Source: a virus
Taxonomy: Duplodnaviria > Caudoviricetes
DNA: 34,373 nucleotides
IMG/VR virus record: IMGVR_UViG_3300025120_000246
Location: 1-34,373 of that record
Reading direction: 5' to 3' (one strand)
Both the position numbers and the translations under genes were made by a program. The notes beneath the pieces were generated by a model. The model was not told the DNA's origin and made no database searches. It saw only the letters and a list, made by a program, of their open reading frames with translations. Every line of letters begins with the position of its first letter. Within the stretch, counting starts at the first letter, position 1. Positions 15,732 through 25,239 of the stretch are shown one piece after another.

Positions 15732-18289
15732 TACGCTACCACCTGTGGTTTTTTAAACTTTTTTGATTCGTAGAGATCCACTATACCACCCTCTGCTGCA
15801 TTGAAAAGAGGCATGCCAATTGACTCTAAGCTAGCCACGGTCTGCGGATTAATGGGGGAAGACAAAGGAGGGATAACGTCTACCCCCTGTCCGCGGGACA
15901 CTTGAGGAGAAGGAATGTTAGAAACTTGTAAATCTTTAGTATCAGGTTCCATCACAATAAACTCTGATTCTGGTGCTTGTATTTTAGGAATAAACTCTTC
16001 TGCTTTTTTCTTAACATCATCCAAAAGTTCTTGACCGTAGTAAGATCCTGTTGTGGCAAACTCTGTTTGATAATCCATCATTGACTCTGTAAAAAATACT
16101 ACATTGGCAGCCATATTTTTTGTTAAATCTTTAACTTGTTTTTCTCCTGTTTGAAGAGCAATAAAATTTTCTAAACCGTCTCTACCCTGTTTTGTTAATA
16201 ATAACTTAGAGAGATAATTCATACCTCCCGCTCTCGCTACTAAACCAGGTAAATTTACAAAACCCAAAACAATATCAAGCATACTTGCCTTAGGGCTTAC
16301 ACGACTAAAATTAGCTCTTCGAATATATTCTAAAACATCTCCTATTTCCTTTAATTCTTCTTTTGAAAATAAAATTTCTGCCTTACCTTTACCTCCACCA
16401 GCAGTTCCCTTTAAAGTTTTGTTAAGATTTTGCATAAACCTAACAGGATCTAAAATATCCTTAAAAACCAAAGGATCAAATTTATTAGATTGCACCGCGT
16501 CTCGAGCTTGTCCCCCAGCTTGTCCCCCAGCTCTAGTTGCTTTAGATAATTTTTCAGCTTCCAAGGTTAAATCTTCAATCGGTCTCAAGGATTTAATAAA
16601 AGCATCCTCTATAAGAGTAGCTTTCATTTGCTGAATAACATCATCATATCCGTTGTCCCTTAGAAACTTTAAAGCTTCATCTGTTTCTTGAGCGCTTAAC
16701 TTAGTAAATTGATTAACAATGTCATCCGCAGATTTTTTCCCTGTTTGAATAAAACCACTTAAAAAAGAATTTTCTAAAGCTGTTATTAAGTCGGAGTCTA
16801 TTTTGTAATCATCTCTTACTTTTTGTAAATTTTTTGCTACAGCGGTTTGAATGGTATCACTCATTTCTTTTAACTGAACATTACCCATTAAACCACTCTC
16901 AATGGTTTGATCTAAATCTTTATTTAAAGCATCCAATAATTCTCTGGACGGTCTCTTCTGAGCAGCGGCACCTAAATCTTTGAAGACACTACCCGTTCCC
17001 GCTGCGGCTGAACTGTATTGACTAATTAAATTTTGAAATTGAAGAGCAGTTAATACACCCTCTCCCCCTGTATCATCCAGTAAAGATGCTCTAGCGTCTA
17101 ATAAACTCCTGTACAGAGAGTCATCCCCTGTGCCCATTGGTTTGTATTGTGCTATTAATTCATCTAATTTAGCTACAAAGTTATTTGTATTTAATAAAGG
17201 TATCTCAGAAAAATCAACTATTTTTCCTGATTTTTGATCTTTTAACTTAGATAAATTGGCAAACCCCTCATCGGCTCTAACCTTTCTATTTTTAATTAGA
17301 TTATCTAAAATATTATTGTAAGAAGTAGAAATTTTATTTCCTAAGAGAGGACCACCTTGTTTACCATACAGTTGTTTCATCATATTCTGTATTGCTGTAG
17401 CGGTGTTGGTTATCTGTTCAAACGCTAAATCAGCTCCCTGACCTCTCGTCAGGTAATACCCTCTTAAAAAATCTTCTATCTGTCTTAAAAATTTATCACC
17501 GCTTATCTCTGATAAACTAAGTGCTCCATATTTTTCCTGTAATCTTAAACCCTCTTCAAAAAATGCTCTTGCTTCACTACCTTTTTCTCCTTTAATTGTT
17601 TTAACAATATTTTTTGTAGCAAAGTTTTTTACAGGGTTAACAGTTGTAATCCAGTTTAAGAAACTGTTAGCAGCCCACTGAGTGGATCCTCCCAACACAC
17701 CATTAGAAACAACTCTAAATGCTCTTTCCTCATTAGTTAGGTTTTCTTCACCTGGTAAGGAAGAAGATATAAATTGTAAAGCTCCCTCTCCAGCAGCCAT
17801 TGTTAAGGCAGCGGTTATAGGATTAGCAGTAAACATAGCGGGACCAAATTGTATTACCTCACTAGCCATTTCAATTGGCTGTATAAACATTTCTGATACA
17901 TCGTTTGCTGAAAATTCGGGATTGTATGCTTCCCAGCTAGCTCCTGGTTCATCTCTAAAAACAATGTTTCCCTCATTATCGGAGAAGACATTATTTTCTC
18001 CATAAATGTTTTTCACATAATTAATTTCACCTGCCTTACTGACTCCCTCCTTTAAATCAGCAAATAATCTATCTTTAAAAGCAACTTTGTCGCTTTTTCC
18101 CTTGGGATATAAATCAGGAATTTGCTCTTCTATTTGAGACAAAAAAGATAAAAAGTTTTCCGCATTGGAGACATAAGGTTTAAAGACTTCATCTTCTTGT
18201 ATAGGAATTAAAGGAATATCTTTAACACTTCTAAAGGGATCATAAGTCCCTGTTTCTTTACCTAATATTGGGTTGAAATCTTCAGCCAT
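15731..18289 (-). CDS. Large helical internal virion/ejection protein
   Basis: 852 aa, helical, with hydrophobic Ala/Gly segments; C-terminal FNAAEGGIV. Confidence 0.6.
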   Translation of the reverse strand: MAEDFNPILGKETGTYDPFRSVKDIPLIPIQEDEVFKPYVSNAENFLSFLSQIEEQIPDLYPKGKSDKVAFKDRLFADLKEGVSKAGEINYVKNIYGENNVFSDNEGNIVFRDEPGASWEAYNPEFSANDVSEMFIQPIEMASEVIQFGPAMFTANPITAALTMAAGEGALQFISSSLPGEENLTNEERAFRVVSNGVLGGSTQWAANSFLNWITTVNPVKNFATKNIVKTIKGEKGSEARAFFEEGLRLQEKYGALSLSEISGDKFLRQIEDFLRGYYLTRGQGADLAFEQITNTATAIQNMMKQLYGKQGGPLLGNKISTSYNNILDNLIKNRKVRADEGFANLSKLKDQKSGKIVDFSEIPLLNTNNFVAKLDELIAQYKPMGTGDDSLYRSLLDARASLLDDTGGEGVLTALQFQNLISQYSSAAAGTGSVFKDLGAAAQKRPSRELLDALNKDLDQTIESGLMGNVQLKEMSDTIQTAVAKNLQKVRDDYKIDSDLITALENSFLSGFIQTGKKSADDIVNQFTKLSAQETDEALKFLRDNGYDDVIQQMKATLIEDAFIKSLRPIEDLTLEAEKLSKATRAGGQAGGQARDAVQSNKFDPLVFKDILDPVRFMQNLNKTLKGTAGGGKGKAEILFSKEELKEIGDVLEYIRRANFSRVSPKASMLDIVLGFVNLPGLVARAGGMNYLSKLLLTKQGRDGLENFIALQTGEKQVKDLTKNMAANVVFFTESMMDYQTEFATTGSYYGQELLDDVKKKAEEFIPKIQAPESEFIVMEPDTKDLQVSNIPSPQVSRGQGVDVIPPLSSPINPQTVASLESIGMPLFNAAEGGIVDLYESKKFKKPQVVA

Positions 18290-18296
18290 ATCATTT

Positions 18297-20603
18297 TTAA
18301 CCTGGACTATTTATCCTATCTTTAATATCTTGCTCATTGCCATCAAGGAATTCTGTTCCGCGATCCCTAGATGGTAAATCAAAGACTTTCTCCAATTCAT
18401 CATAGTAATCAAACTGTTTATTTTTTGGAAGACTATCAAAATCACCTACCGTAGGTAATTCTAATCCTTGAGTAAAGTCGGGAAGAACTGATATTGGTTC
18501 TAAACCTCTCACTTTAACAATATTTTCAAAACCATCTCTAACTCCTTCGTAGGCTTTGTAAGCTCCCAGTGTGGCTCCTCTCGCCGCGGAGATAAGAGTT
18601 GCTCTTTGTTTAGGTGTTAAAACCGTTTGACCATTAAGAATCTTGTTTATAGTATTCAGACTTATATTCTCAAATGTAGATAAGTCTGTAGATGCCGCTA
18701 AACCAAATTCACTATCTCTAACAACAGAGGTTGGATCTAAAATTTTCATGTAAGTAAAAACCAGAGCCATGTCAGTGGCACCAGTGGAATCTGCGGCTAT
18801 GGTATCTAGAATAGAGAACTGTCTGACAGCCGAAGAAAAGTCTTTTGTTTGAGCTAGATATTCTTTTCTTAAAGTGTCTTCTTGTGACATTTTAAATTTT
18901 CTCCCCTCATCTGTATCATAAAAATCTTGTTTAAATCGAGGACTATTTTTTACAAAGTAATCTGCGTCTTGATCGATTTGAATTAATTCTTCTTGAGTCA
19001 GATCAGGGAATAAATCTTTAACTGACTGAGCTGTCTGTAATTTAAATCCTTTATTTACCTGTTCCATTTTTGCGTTTGTTAGAGAGGTGTAATATATATC
19101 TTGACTGCTGATGGGGTTACCAGTGCTTTTATCAAAGGGAATAACAACTCCATTTACCGTTTGAAATACTATTTCTCTGTTCTTCTGTTCTGCAAAAGCT
19201 TTTTTAATTGCTTCTGCTCCAAAAAGTTTAACAAAGTCTGACTGTTTTGTATCTTGAATCTCTTTGTCTTTTGTTGCTAAGTTTAGGGCTTGTGTTTTAT
19301 AAGGTTCTTTTAATTTCTCTCCCGCTTGACCTGCCACACCAATATTACTTAATCCTCCCATCAAAACTTCACTAAAAGATTTTTCAGGATCTAGAATATC
19401 TGTAGCTGTCTTAAGTAATAAAGGAGAAACAACACTAGTTAAAAATTTACTCTTTAAATCAACATTGTCTAATAATTTTTCTTCATATTGTTTTGCTCTT
19501 TGAGTAATATCCACAGGTGGCTTTCCCATATCAAACATATTCTCTCCCATTTTTGTAATAAAATCATACTGATTAGGGGACATCATATTCTGTAAAATAT
19601 CATAGTTTTGTGTGTTATCTGTAGGCATCTTTAAATTCATTGACATGTCTTGACCAGAAAACGGTACAGGGCTGGTTGAGTTAATAAAAAGTCCTGTGTT
19701 TGCCCTTAAAATACCATCACTCATTGGCTGATTTAATTGAGCAGAAGCTGTCGGCATCATGTCTTGAGCTTGCTGAGTGGCTCCAATACCCTGTTGCTCT
19801 TGTAATTCGAATACTGGTTGTACTAAAGCGAGAACGGATAACGGTGTATCCTGAGCGTCACTCTCTCCTACTACTCCAGCTAATTCTTGTACTCTTCCCT
19901 CCATTGCAACATCGTCACCTCTAATATCATTCATTAGCTGAACATACTGGTCAGGAGATACCTTAGCGATACCATCGGAAGTAGGGTCAGATGGAGGTGT
20001 TTCTCTGTCCAATCCATCAGCAATTCCCACAGCGTCGGATTCCTCTCCCTCCATGGGAGATCCCTCCGCTCTTTTTTTTAGTCTATCTAAAAAGTTCTGT
20101 TCTGCTGGATCTAATTCAAAATTGGTATCAGGTATAATCTGGTTTTGTGTTTCTATTGTTGCCTTATAGTTTGTAAATTGGTTTAATAATGGAACTAAAG
20201 CACTAAAGTTTTCAGGTGTATTACCTTGTAACAACATTTCTAAAATATTTTCACCGTTAGGTATTTCGGTTATTAAAAATCGTCTAAATTCATCATCGAA
20301 TAAAGCTTTTGTGTAAGAATCTATTGTTTCTTCCATTGGCATTTCACCATCTCTTACAACAGAGTTGGGATCAGCCATCATTTCACCATCTCTTACAACA
20401 GAGTTGGGATCTAACATATTTAAAAACTCACCATCTCTTACAACAGAGTTGGGATCTAATAATTGATCAGCAAACAAATTCATTAAAGCAGATTTTTCAC
20501 TATCTCTTACAACAGAGTTAGGGTCTAACATATTTAAAATCTCATTATCTCTTACAACAGAGTTGGGATCTTGTCTAAAAAGTAGTCTATCAAATACGGA
20601 CAT
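18297..20603 (-). CDS. Internal virion/ejection protein with N-terminal DPNSVVRD repeats
   Basis: 768 aa; C-terminal DMALVFTYMKILDPTSVVRDSEF motif typical of podoviral injection proteins. Confidence 0.65.
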   Translation of the reverse strand: MSVFDRLLFRQDPNSVVRDNEILNMLDPNSVVRDSEKSALMNLFADQLLDPNSVVRDGEFLNMLDPNSVVRDGEMMADPNSVVRDGEMPMEETIDSYTKALFDDEFRRFLITEIPNGENILEMLLQGNTPENFSALVPLLNQFTNYKATIETQNQIIPDTNFELDPAEQNFLDRLKKRAEGSPMEGEESDAVGIADGLDRETPPSDPTSDGIAKVSPDQYVQLMNDIRGDDVAMEGRVQELAGVVGESDAQDTPLSVLALVQPVFELQEQQGIGATQQAQDMMPTASAQLNQPMSDGILRANTGLFINSTSPVPFSGQDMSMNLKMPTDNTQNYDILQNMMSPNQYDFITKMGENMFDMGKPPVDITQRAKQYEEKLLDNVDLKSKFLTSVVSPLLLKTATDILDPEKSFSEVLMGGLSNIGVAGQAGEKLKEPYKTQALNLATKDKEIQDTKQSDFVKLFGAEAIKKAFAEQKNREIVFQTVNGVVIPFDKSTGNPISSQDIYYTSLTNAKMEQVNKGFKLQTAQSVKDLFPDLTQEELIQIDQDADYFVKNSPRFKQDFYDTDEGRKFKMSQEDTLRKEYLAQTKDFSSAVRQFSILDTIAADSTGATDMALVFTYMKILDPTSVVRDSEFGLAASTDLSTFENISLNTINKILNGQTVLTPKQRATLISAARGATLGAYKAYEGVRDGFENIVKVRGLEPISVLPDFTQGLELPTVGDFDSLPKNKQFDYYDELEKVFDLPSRDRGTEFLDGNEQDIKDRINSPG
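20344..20570 (-). repeat. Five in-frame 29-bp repeats (TCACCATCTCTTACAACAGAGTTGGGATC)
   Basis: Copies at 20344, 20383, 20428, 20497 and 20542; periods 39, 45, 69 and 45 nt. Confidence 0.95.
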
Positions 20604-21511
20604 TAAAACAGTCCCTGCAATCCGCTAAGACCTGACAGTGCTCCTAAACCCGCTACACCGTAACCAGCAATTGTTCTTAGGGGCGACATACTACTTGTTG
20701 CCGCTGGAGAGGTACTTGTTTGAATTGTTTGTGTACTTGTTGGTGCTCCCGCATAAATATCTGATAAGAAACCAACTCTCTGATATGGCTCATACATTTG
20801 AGAAAGTTGATTTTGTCTTGCCACATCCAGACTTGATTGAGCTTGCTGTTGCCCCAAGGCACCTAAACCTAATAATGTATTAATATCTTGTGAACCTAAT
20901 TGTTGACCTGTGACACCTAATTGAGCTTGCTGTGCTCCAAAGGAGCCATACTGAGGAGCGAGTGCTCCTAAACCTGCCGCTGAAGTTTGCTGCCTTTGAC
21001 CTAACTGTTGTTGTGCATTTAAAAATGCTTGAGCTTGTGCCTGAGCTAATGACGATGCACGATTACGCTCTAATTCTGCTTGTGCAACTCCCTCTCTTCC
21101 TCCTCCAAACGCGCCCGCCTGAACCGCTTGCGCTGCCTGACCCTGTTGAGCAATATTATAGGAACGATTAATTTCATCTTGAATAGACTGTTGATAGGGG
21201 TTCATAAAAGGTTGAAGCTGTTCCATAGTCGGAGCTGTACCAATATCGGTGTAAGCTTGCGCTGCCTGACCGAGTGTACCTAGTCCCGCCGCCTGAGATT
21301 GAAGTGCGGATGTTAGGAAAGGTTGATAGCCTCCTATACCCTGAGAACCTAATTGAATAGCTTGTAATTGCTCAGGAGTAAACCCTGCTACCTGCTGTGC
21401 TGGTAACGTTAAAGGTTTATCCGCTAAAGACTTAGCGGTATCCATTAACCCCAGTCTTCTTGCTTCAATATCTGGTGCTTCTCTTTGTAAATATTCCGTT
21501 GTTTCTACCAT
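20603..21511 (-). CDS. Gln/Ala/Gly-rich DNA pilot/ejection protein
   Basis: FMNPYQQ, GAFGGGREGVAQAE, LGALGQQQAQ..LD, hydrophobic Gly-rich C-terminus. Confidence 0.7.
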   Translation of the reverse strand: MVETTEYLQREAPDIEARRLGLMDTAKSLADKPLTLPAQQVAGFTPEQLQAIQLGSQGIGGYQPFLTSALQSQAAGLGTLGQAAQAYTDIGTAPTMEQLQPFMNPYQQSIQDEINRSYNIAQQGQAAQAVQAGAFGGGREGVAQAELERNRASSLAQAQAQAFLNAQQQLGQRQQTSAAGLGALAPQYGSFGAQQAQLGVTGQQLGSQDINTLLGLGALGQQQAQSSLDVARQNQLSQMYEPYQRVGFLSDIYAGAPTSTQTIQTSTSPAATSSMSPLRTIAGYGVAGLGALSGLSGLQGLF

Positions 21512-22605
21512 TATGACATCCCTATGCTTTGTTGTGATAGACTACCACCGTTTTCTAAACTTTTCATCATTTTATACATATTTTTTGCTCCCGCTTTCCG
21601 CGATCCACCGCCCGCGTTTCGAACTGCCTTGGCAGTCATTACAAATTCTCCATCCGATAGCATTGCAGGAATGTCATCAGAAGTTCCCGTTCCAGCTCCT
21701 GCAATTTCTCCGATGCGTTTTGGGTGTTCTCTGACTTTACCATCAGAGTGTTCAATTCGCTGACCGCTGTTCTCGATCCCGCCTGTCACCTCTCCGCCAT
21801 CAGCGGCTAGATAAATACCAGGATCGTATCCCTGTGGTCCTGTGATATCTAATAGTTGATATTTTGAGGGGTCGGCGTAGTAGTATTCATTGGGAGTAAA
21901 AGAGGCAACATACTCTTCTTCTGTTGGTTGCTCTTCGGGTTTCATAGCCAGAGAAGATAACCCAGCTATTGTCGCTGCCGCAGGTAAAAACTGTCCCGCA
22001 ATACCTCTCTTTACTTTTTCAGGAACAATACCTAATTGTTTATTTAACATTGCTCTATTTAAAAAATTTTCTTGTATTACATCTTCTGTTAAACCCTCAC
22101 CAGTAATTGGAAACTTCTTTTCAATAAAGGATTGAGATAAAGCCATGTCATCTGTAAACTTTGGATTAGTCTTAAATTGAGAAGCCTCACTGAAGGGGTT
22201 TAATCTTGAATCCTTTACTTTATCAAACACATTACTAATACCTTCCACCTGACCGCTGTTCTTTGGTTGAAGATTAGGTTTAACACCGAATGCTCCTTCC
22301 ATAAAACCTTGACCGAGTGTTGCTCCCTCAGGTCTCATTATAGCACCTCTCAGTCCTCCAATACCTACTTGCAACGCTAAATCTTTTGCTACGTCTACTG
22401 GTTTTTTTCCAGCGGCTAGACCAATACCCGCTCCTAATCCAAGTTGAACTGCTGGACCACCAGGTATAAAAGGTAAAACATAAGGTGCTATGGGTTCTAC
22501 TGCTCTAGCAAAACCTGTAACCGTATCTTTAACATTTTGAAAAAAATCACCAACAAGAGATCCTAGACCGTATTCATACATTTGTGGATATACTTGTTGC
22601 TGCAT
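21511..22605 (-). CDS. Virion protein with tape-measure-type C-terminal domain
   Basis: Hydrophobic Gly-rich N-terminus; AADGGEV...GAGTGTSDDIPAMLSDGEFVMTAKAV. Confidence 0.7.
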   Translation of the reverse strand: MQQQVYPQMYEYGLGSLVGDFFQNVKDTVTGFARAVEPIAPYVLPFIPGGPAVQLGLGAGIGLAAGKKPVDVAKDLALQVGIGGLRGAIMRPEGATLGQGFMEGAFGVKPNLQPKNSGQVEGISNVFDKVKDSRLNPFSEASQFKTNPKFTDDMALSQSFIEKKFPITGEGLTEDVIQENFLNRAMLNKQLGIVPEKVKRGIAGQFLPAAATIAGLSSLAMKPEEQPTEEEYVASFTPNEYYYADPSKYQLLDITGPQGYDPGIYLAADGGEVTGGIENSGQRIEHSDGKVREHPKRIGEIAGAGTGTSDDIPAMLSDGEFVMTAKAVRNAGGGSRKAGAKNMYKMMKSLENGGSLSQQSIGMS

Positions 22606-22613
22606 TTACATCT

Positions 22614-22865
22614 CTATTCTTTGACCACGGCACCTGTAAATAATTTTGGTGCAATAACATTTACGTCTCGTCTAATTTCACTATCGGTGGTATCGGTGTT
22701 AGGATCGGCAACGTCATTGTTTGCGTGATCCTCAGAATCATATTCGACACCTGTTCTTGTATTAGTAATAGTGGTTTCTACCTTACAGCTATAAACAGGG
22801 ATTTGATTTCCCTCTGCGTCATACTCATAGCGTAAGATGATTGGTTCATCTATAATCTTTGCCAT
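22614..22865 (-). CDS. Conserved-type phage hypothetical protein
   Basis: 83-aa acidic ORF in the late operon. Confidence 0.7.
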   Translation of the reverse strand: MAKIIDEPIILRYEYDAEGNQIPVYSCKVETTITNTRTGVEYDSEDHANNDVADPNTDTTDSEIRRDVNVIAPKLFTGAVVKE

Positions 22866-22904
22866 AGTATAGTTTTATCGAGGAAAAGCTAAGAAATCAA
22901 CCGA

Positions 22905-23261
22905 TTATTGCTGTGCTTTAATTTCTAAAACAGAAGCTTTAATAACAAGATCATTTGCAGCACTAGAGGTTACTTTTAGGCTATCCCCTTCCTCAAAAAC
23001 AAAGGTACCATTGATGATTTTTGTAGCTTGATGAGCTACCGCAACATTATTTATTTCAAAATCTGTGCTACCGTCATTATATGTAAGGACAGCATTTAGT
23101 GTTCCAGATCCTGAATTATTATGTAGAACGATAGTTTTAACCATAAAGGTGGTAACAGGAGTCGGAGGTGTCGCAGCTACATTAGCTGTAGGCACCGTAA
23201 ACAATGTATTGGCTCCTGTATTTGCAGGAGTTAAAGCAAAGGTTCTAAATCTATCAGCCAT
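22905..23261 (-). CDS. Small beta-rich virion protein
   Basis: TLFTVP...VKTIVLHN...FEEGDSLKV...SVLEI. Confidence 0.65.
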   Translation of the reverse strand: MADRFRTFALTPANTGANTLFTVPTANVAATPPTPVTTFMVKTIVLHNNSGSGTLNAVLTYNDGSTDFEINNVAVAHQATKIINGTFVFEEGDSLKVTSSAANDLVIKASVLEIKAQQ

Positions 23262-23449
23262 TAGTCAGTCGTTGTGCCTCCTGTTGCAAAAAACACTGTT
23301 CTTCGTGTTGATTCTTCTTTTGTGTCTTCTGTGTATTGTGTGTTTAATTGTTGAATCATTTCTTCTAGCTGCCTTACTAACTCCGAAAATTGTTGTCTTT
23401 CATACTCATCAGGAGCGTCAGGAAATCTCTGAAGAGTTAGTTTTGCCAT
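23261..23449 (-). CDS. Small coiled-coil virion protein (start revised to 23449)
   Basis: MAKLTLQRFPDAPDEY...LVRQLE...LN; TAATG-coupled to the next gene. Confidence 0.65.
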   Translation of the reverse strand: MAKLTLQRFPDAPDEYERQQFSELVRQLEEMIQQLNTQYTEDTKEESTRRTVFFATGGTTTD

Positions 23450-23453
23450 TATG

Positions 23454-24158
23454 TTATTTAAATGATTTTTTCTTCCAAAACAAGCTTTTATAGTTATTAA
23501 AAAGTCTACTAAAGTATGCAAATTTTTGTTTATTAGTTAAAAGCTCATCTTTATCTACATATTCTGTGCTCATTTTCCAGTCTTCTCTTTTAAATGGAAT
23601 CACCATAGCCATTGGAGATCCTTGTTTTAAAAGAGTTCTTTTTTTTAAATCTTCAGTCCAATAAAAAGGAAAGTTAACATTCATGATAAACTCATCTGTA
23701 TCAACAATTCCAGTAATTAAATCAAATGGCAGTGCATGATTAAAAGGAGTTACAAATAAACAACTGTATCCCTTAGGAGTAACTACCTTCCAAGGATTCA
23801 AAAACTTAAAAGCAACATCAACAGTTCTTTTTGGGTTTCTCATTTCTTCCGCAGTTTGAAAATTAGGGTGAGAAGATATTCCAATTATGTTTGAAAACAT
23901 ATCTCCTAGTTGATCATTACATGTAAATTTGACTTGATCAGCTTCTTCATCAACCCAAATTTCAAAGTCGCATGGAAAAGGAATAATGTATCCTGCTGTT
24001 AAAGAATCTAAAAAGGGCATACATCTTTTTACTGTAGAATCATTTTGATCTTTAATATAAGGGGGTAATTTTTTAAATGCATCTGGTATAAAAAAAGTTG
24101 AAGGTTTTGGTTCAGCACAATATCCTTTAAGCGGTGATATAAATTTTATTTTATTCAT
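23454..24158 (-). CDS. DUF6065-like protein (start revised to 24158)
   Basis: TVKRCMPFLDSLTAGYIIP, KFLNPW...TPKGYSCLF..P, GIVDTD, GSPMAMVIPFKREDW. Confidence 0.7.
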   Translation of the reverse strand: MNKIKFISPLKGYCAEPKPSTFFIPDAFKKLPPYIKDQNDSTVKRCMPFLDSLTAGYIIPFPCDFEIWVDEEADQVKFTCNDQLGDMFSNIIGISSHPNFQTAEEMRNPKRTVDVAFKFLNPWKVVTPKGYSCLFVTPFNHALPFDLITGIVDTDEFIMNVNFPFYWTEDLKKRTLLKQGSPMAMVIPFKREDWKMSTEYVDKDELLTNKQKFAYFSRLFNNYKSLFWKKKSFK

Positions 24159-24687
24159 TGGATAGTTTAAAATTACAAGAAAATACAATTCTTTCTTTGT
24201 CTTTATTTGGAGGAACACTGTGAGGTAATCCTCCTGGAAAAATTACAAATTTAGATTTCTCAGCCTTCACTTCAATACTTGGCGAATTAATATATGGATA
24301 ACCAAGATTAAAAAATACAGTGCTAGAAGATTCTTCAGTACACTGAATATAAAATATTAATGAAAAATCATTTAAGTTTAGGTTATGTGTATGTAGTGAA
24401 TGAAAATCACTTTCTCTATACGCCTGTAACCAAGATCCATCGATAGAGAAACTTTTTCTATTCATAATTTGTTTGGTAAATATTTCTATAAATTGATAAA
24501 CATGATTTTTTAAATCAATTAATTTTTTATCTTCAAGAACATTCGGTGTATTGTAGTATGTAGTTAAATTTCCCTCATCTACAAATTTATTTGTAGACAC
24601 AAATTCAATTGTAGATTTATTGTCAAAGTCAGAGGGTATTTCATACAAGGTGCTCTGAAAATGATGTCTTGTTATATCTAGGCTCAT
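24151..24687 (-). CDS. 2OG-Fe(II) oxygenase (TIGR02466-like)
   Basis: W...Y...FHSLHTH...IFPGGLPHSV...RIVFSCN. Confidence 0.85.
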   Translation of the reverse strand: MSLDITRHHFQSTLYEIPSDFDNKSTIEFVSTNKFVDEGNLTTYYNTPNVLEDKKLIDLKNHVYQFIEIFTKQIMNRKSFSIDGSWLQAYRESDFHSLHTHNLNLNDFSLIFYIQCTEESSSTVFFNLGYPYINSPSIEVKAEKSKFVIFPGGLPHSVPPNKDKERIVFSCNFKLSNE

Positions 24688-24693
24688 TATTCT

Positions 24694-25239
24694 CTATAGC
24701 TGTATATTACATGTTAAAGAAAGTTTTGCATTATTTATTTCTACAACTTGATGATTTATAAACTTGTCAAACCAAATACATTCTTGATTAGACAAAAGTG
24801 TCTCTTTTTGATCAATTATCCACTTAGATTTACCATATATGTTTTTTACTATAACAGGATATTCGTGTTGATGCTTGGGGAACGATATTGATTTTTTACC
24901 ATTACCAAAATAAAAATTACAATTAATCTCTGTTTTAAAATTAATATTTAATAATTTTTGAATAATCCATGTATCTTTTGTAAAAGAGCCTATATTGGAA
25001 AGAATTAAAGTGTAGCCTTCTTCATAACATTTAATGCATTTTTCGGGATCTAAATATCCATCCTCACAAAAAAAATCTTGATGTTTATTACCATTTTCTA
25101 ATATAGCTTCAACACTAGGTTGACCATTTAAATATTGTTTAGGCCAACGTCTTCTATCAAGCAATCTTTCTAAAACATGATCTTCTGTTAAGTTAACTTT
25201 TTTATTTTCTAATGTTTTTAAAAATCTATCTTCTACCAT
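24694..25239 (-). CDS. JmjC/cupin oxygenase-like protein (YcfD/ROXA-like)
   Basis: GYTLIL, CNFYF, SFPKHQHEYPVIV..IYGKSKW, HQV, LSLT. Confidence 0.75.
   Translation of the reverse strand: MVEDRFLKTLENKKVNLTEDHVLERLLDRRRWPKQYLNGQPSVEAILENGNKHQDFFCEDGYLDPEKCIKCYEEGYTLILSNIGSFTKDTWIIQKLLNINFKTEINCNFYFGNGKKSISFPKHQHEYPVIVKNIYGKSKWIIDQKETLLSNQECIWFDKFINHQVVEINNAKLSLTCNIQL

Noticed and set aside
16505-16532. 12-bp tandem duplication (GGQAGGQA) in the 852-aa protein
   Set aside because: Two copies in a probable linker; ordinary slippage.
20344-20570. 29-bp repeats as a CRISPR or mini-array
   Set aside because: Spacers are 10, 16, 40 and 16 nt, two are near-identical, all periods are multiples of 3 inside an ORF, and there are no cas genes. 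It is a coding repeat.
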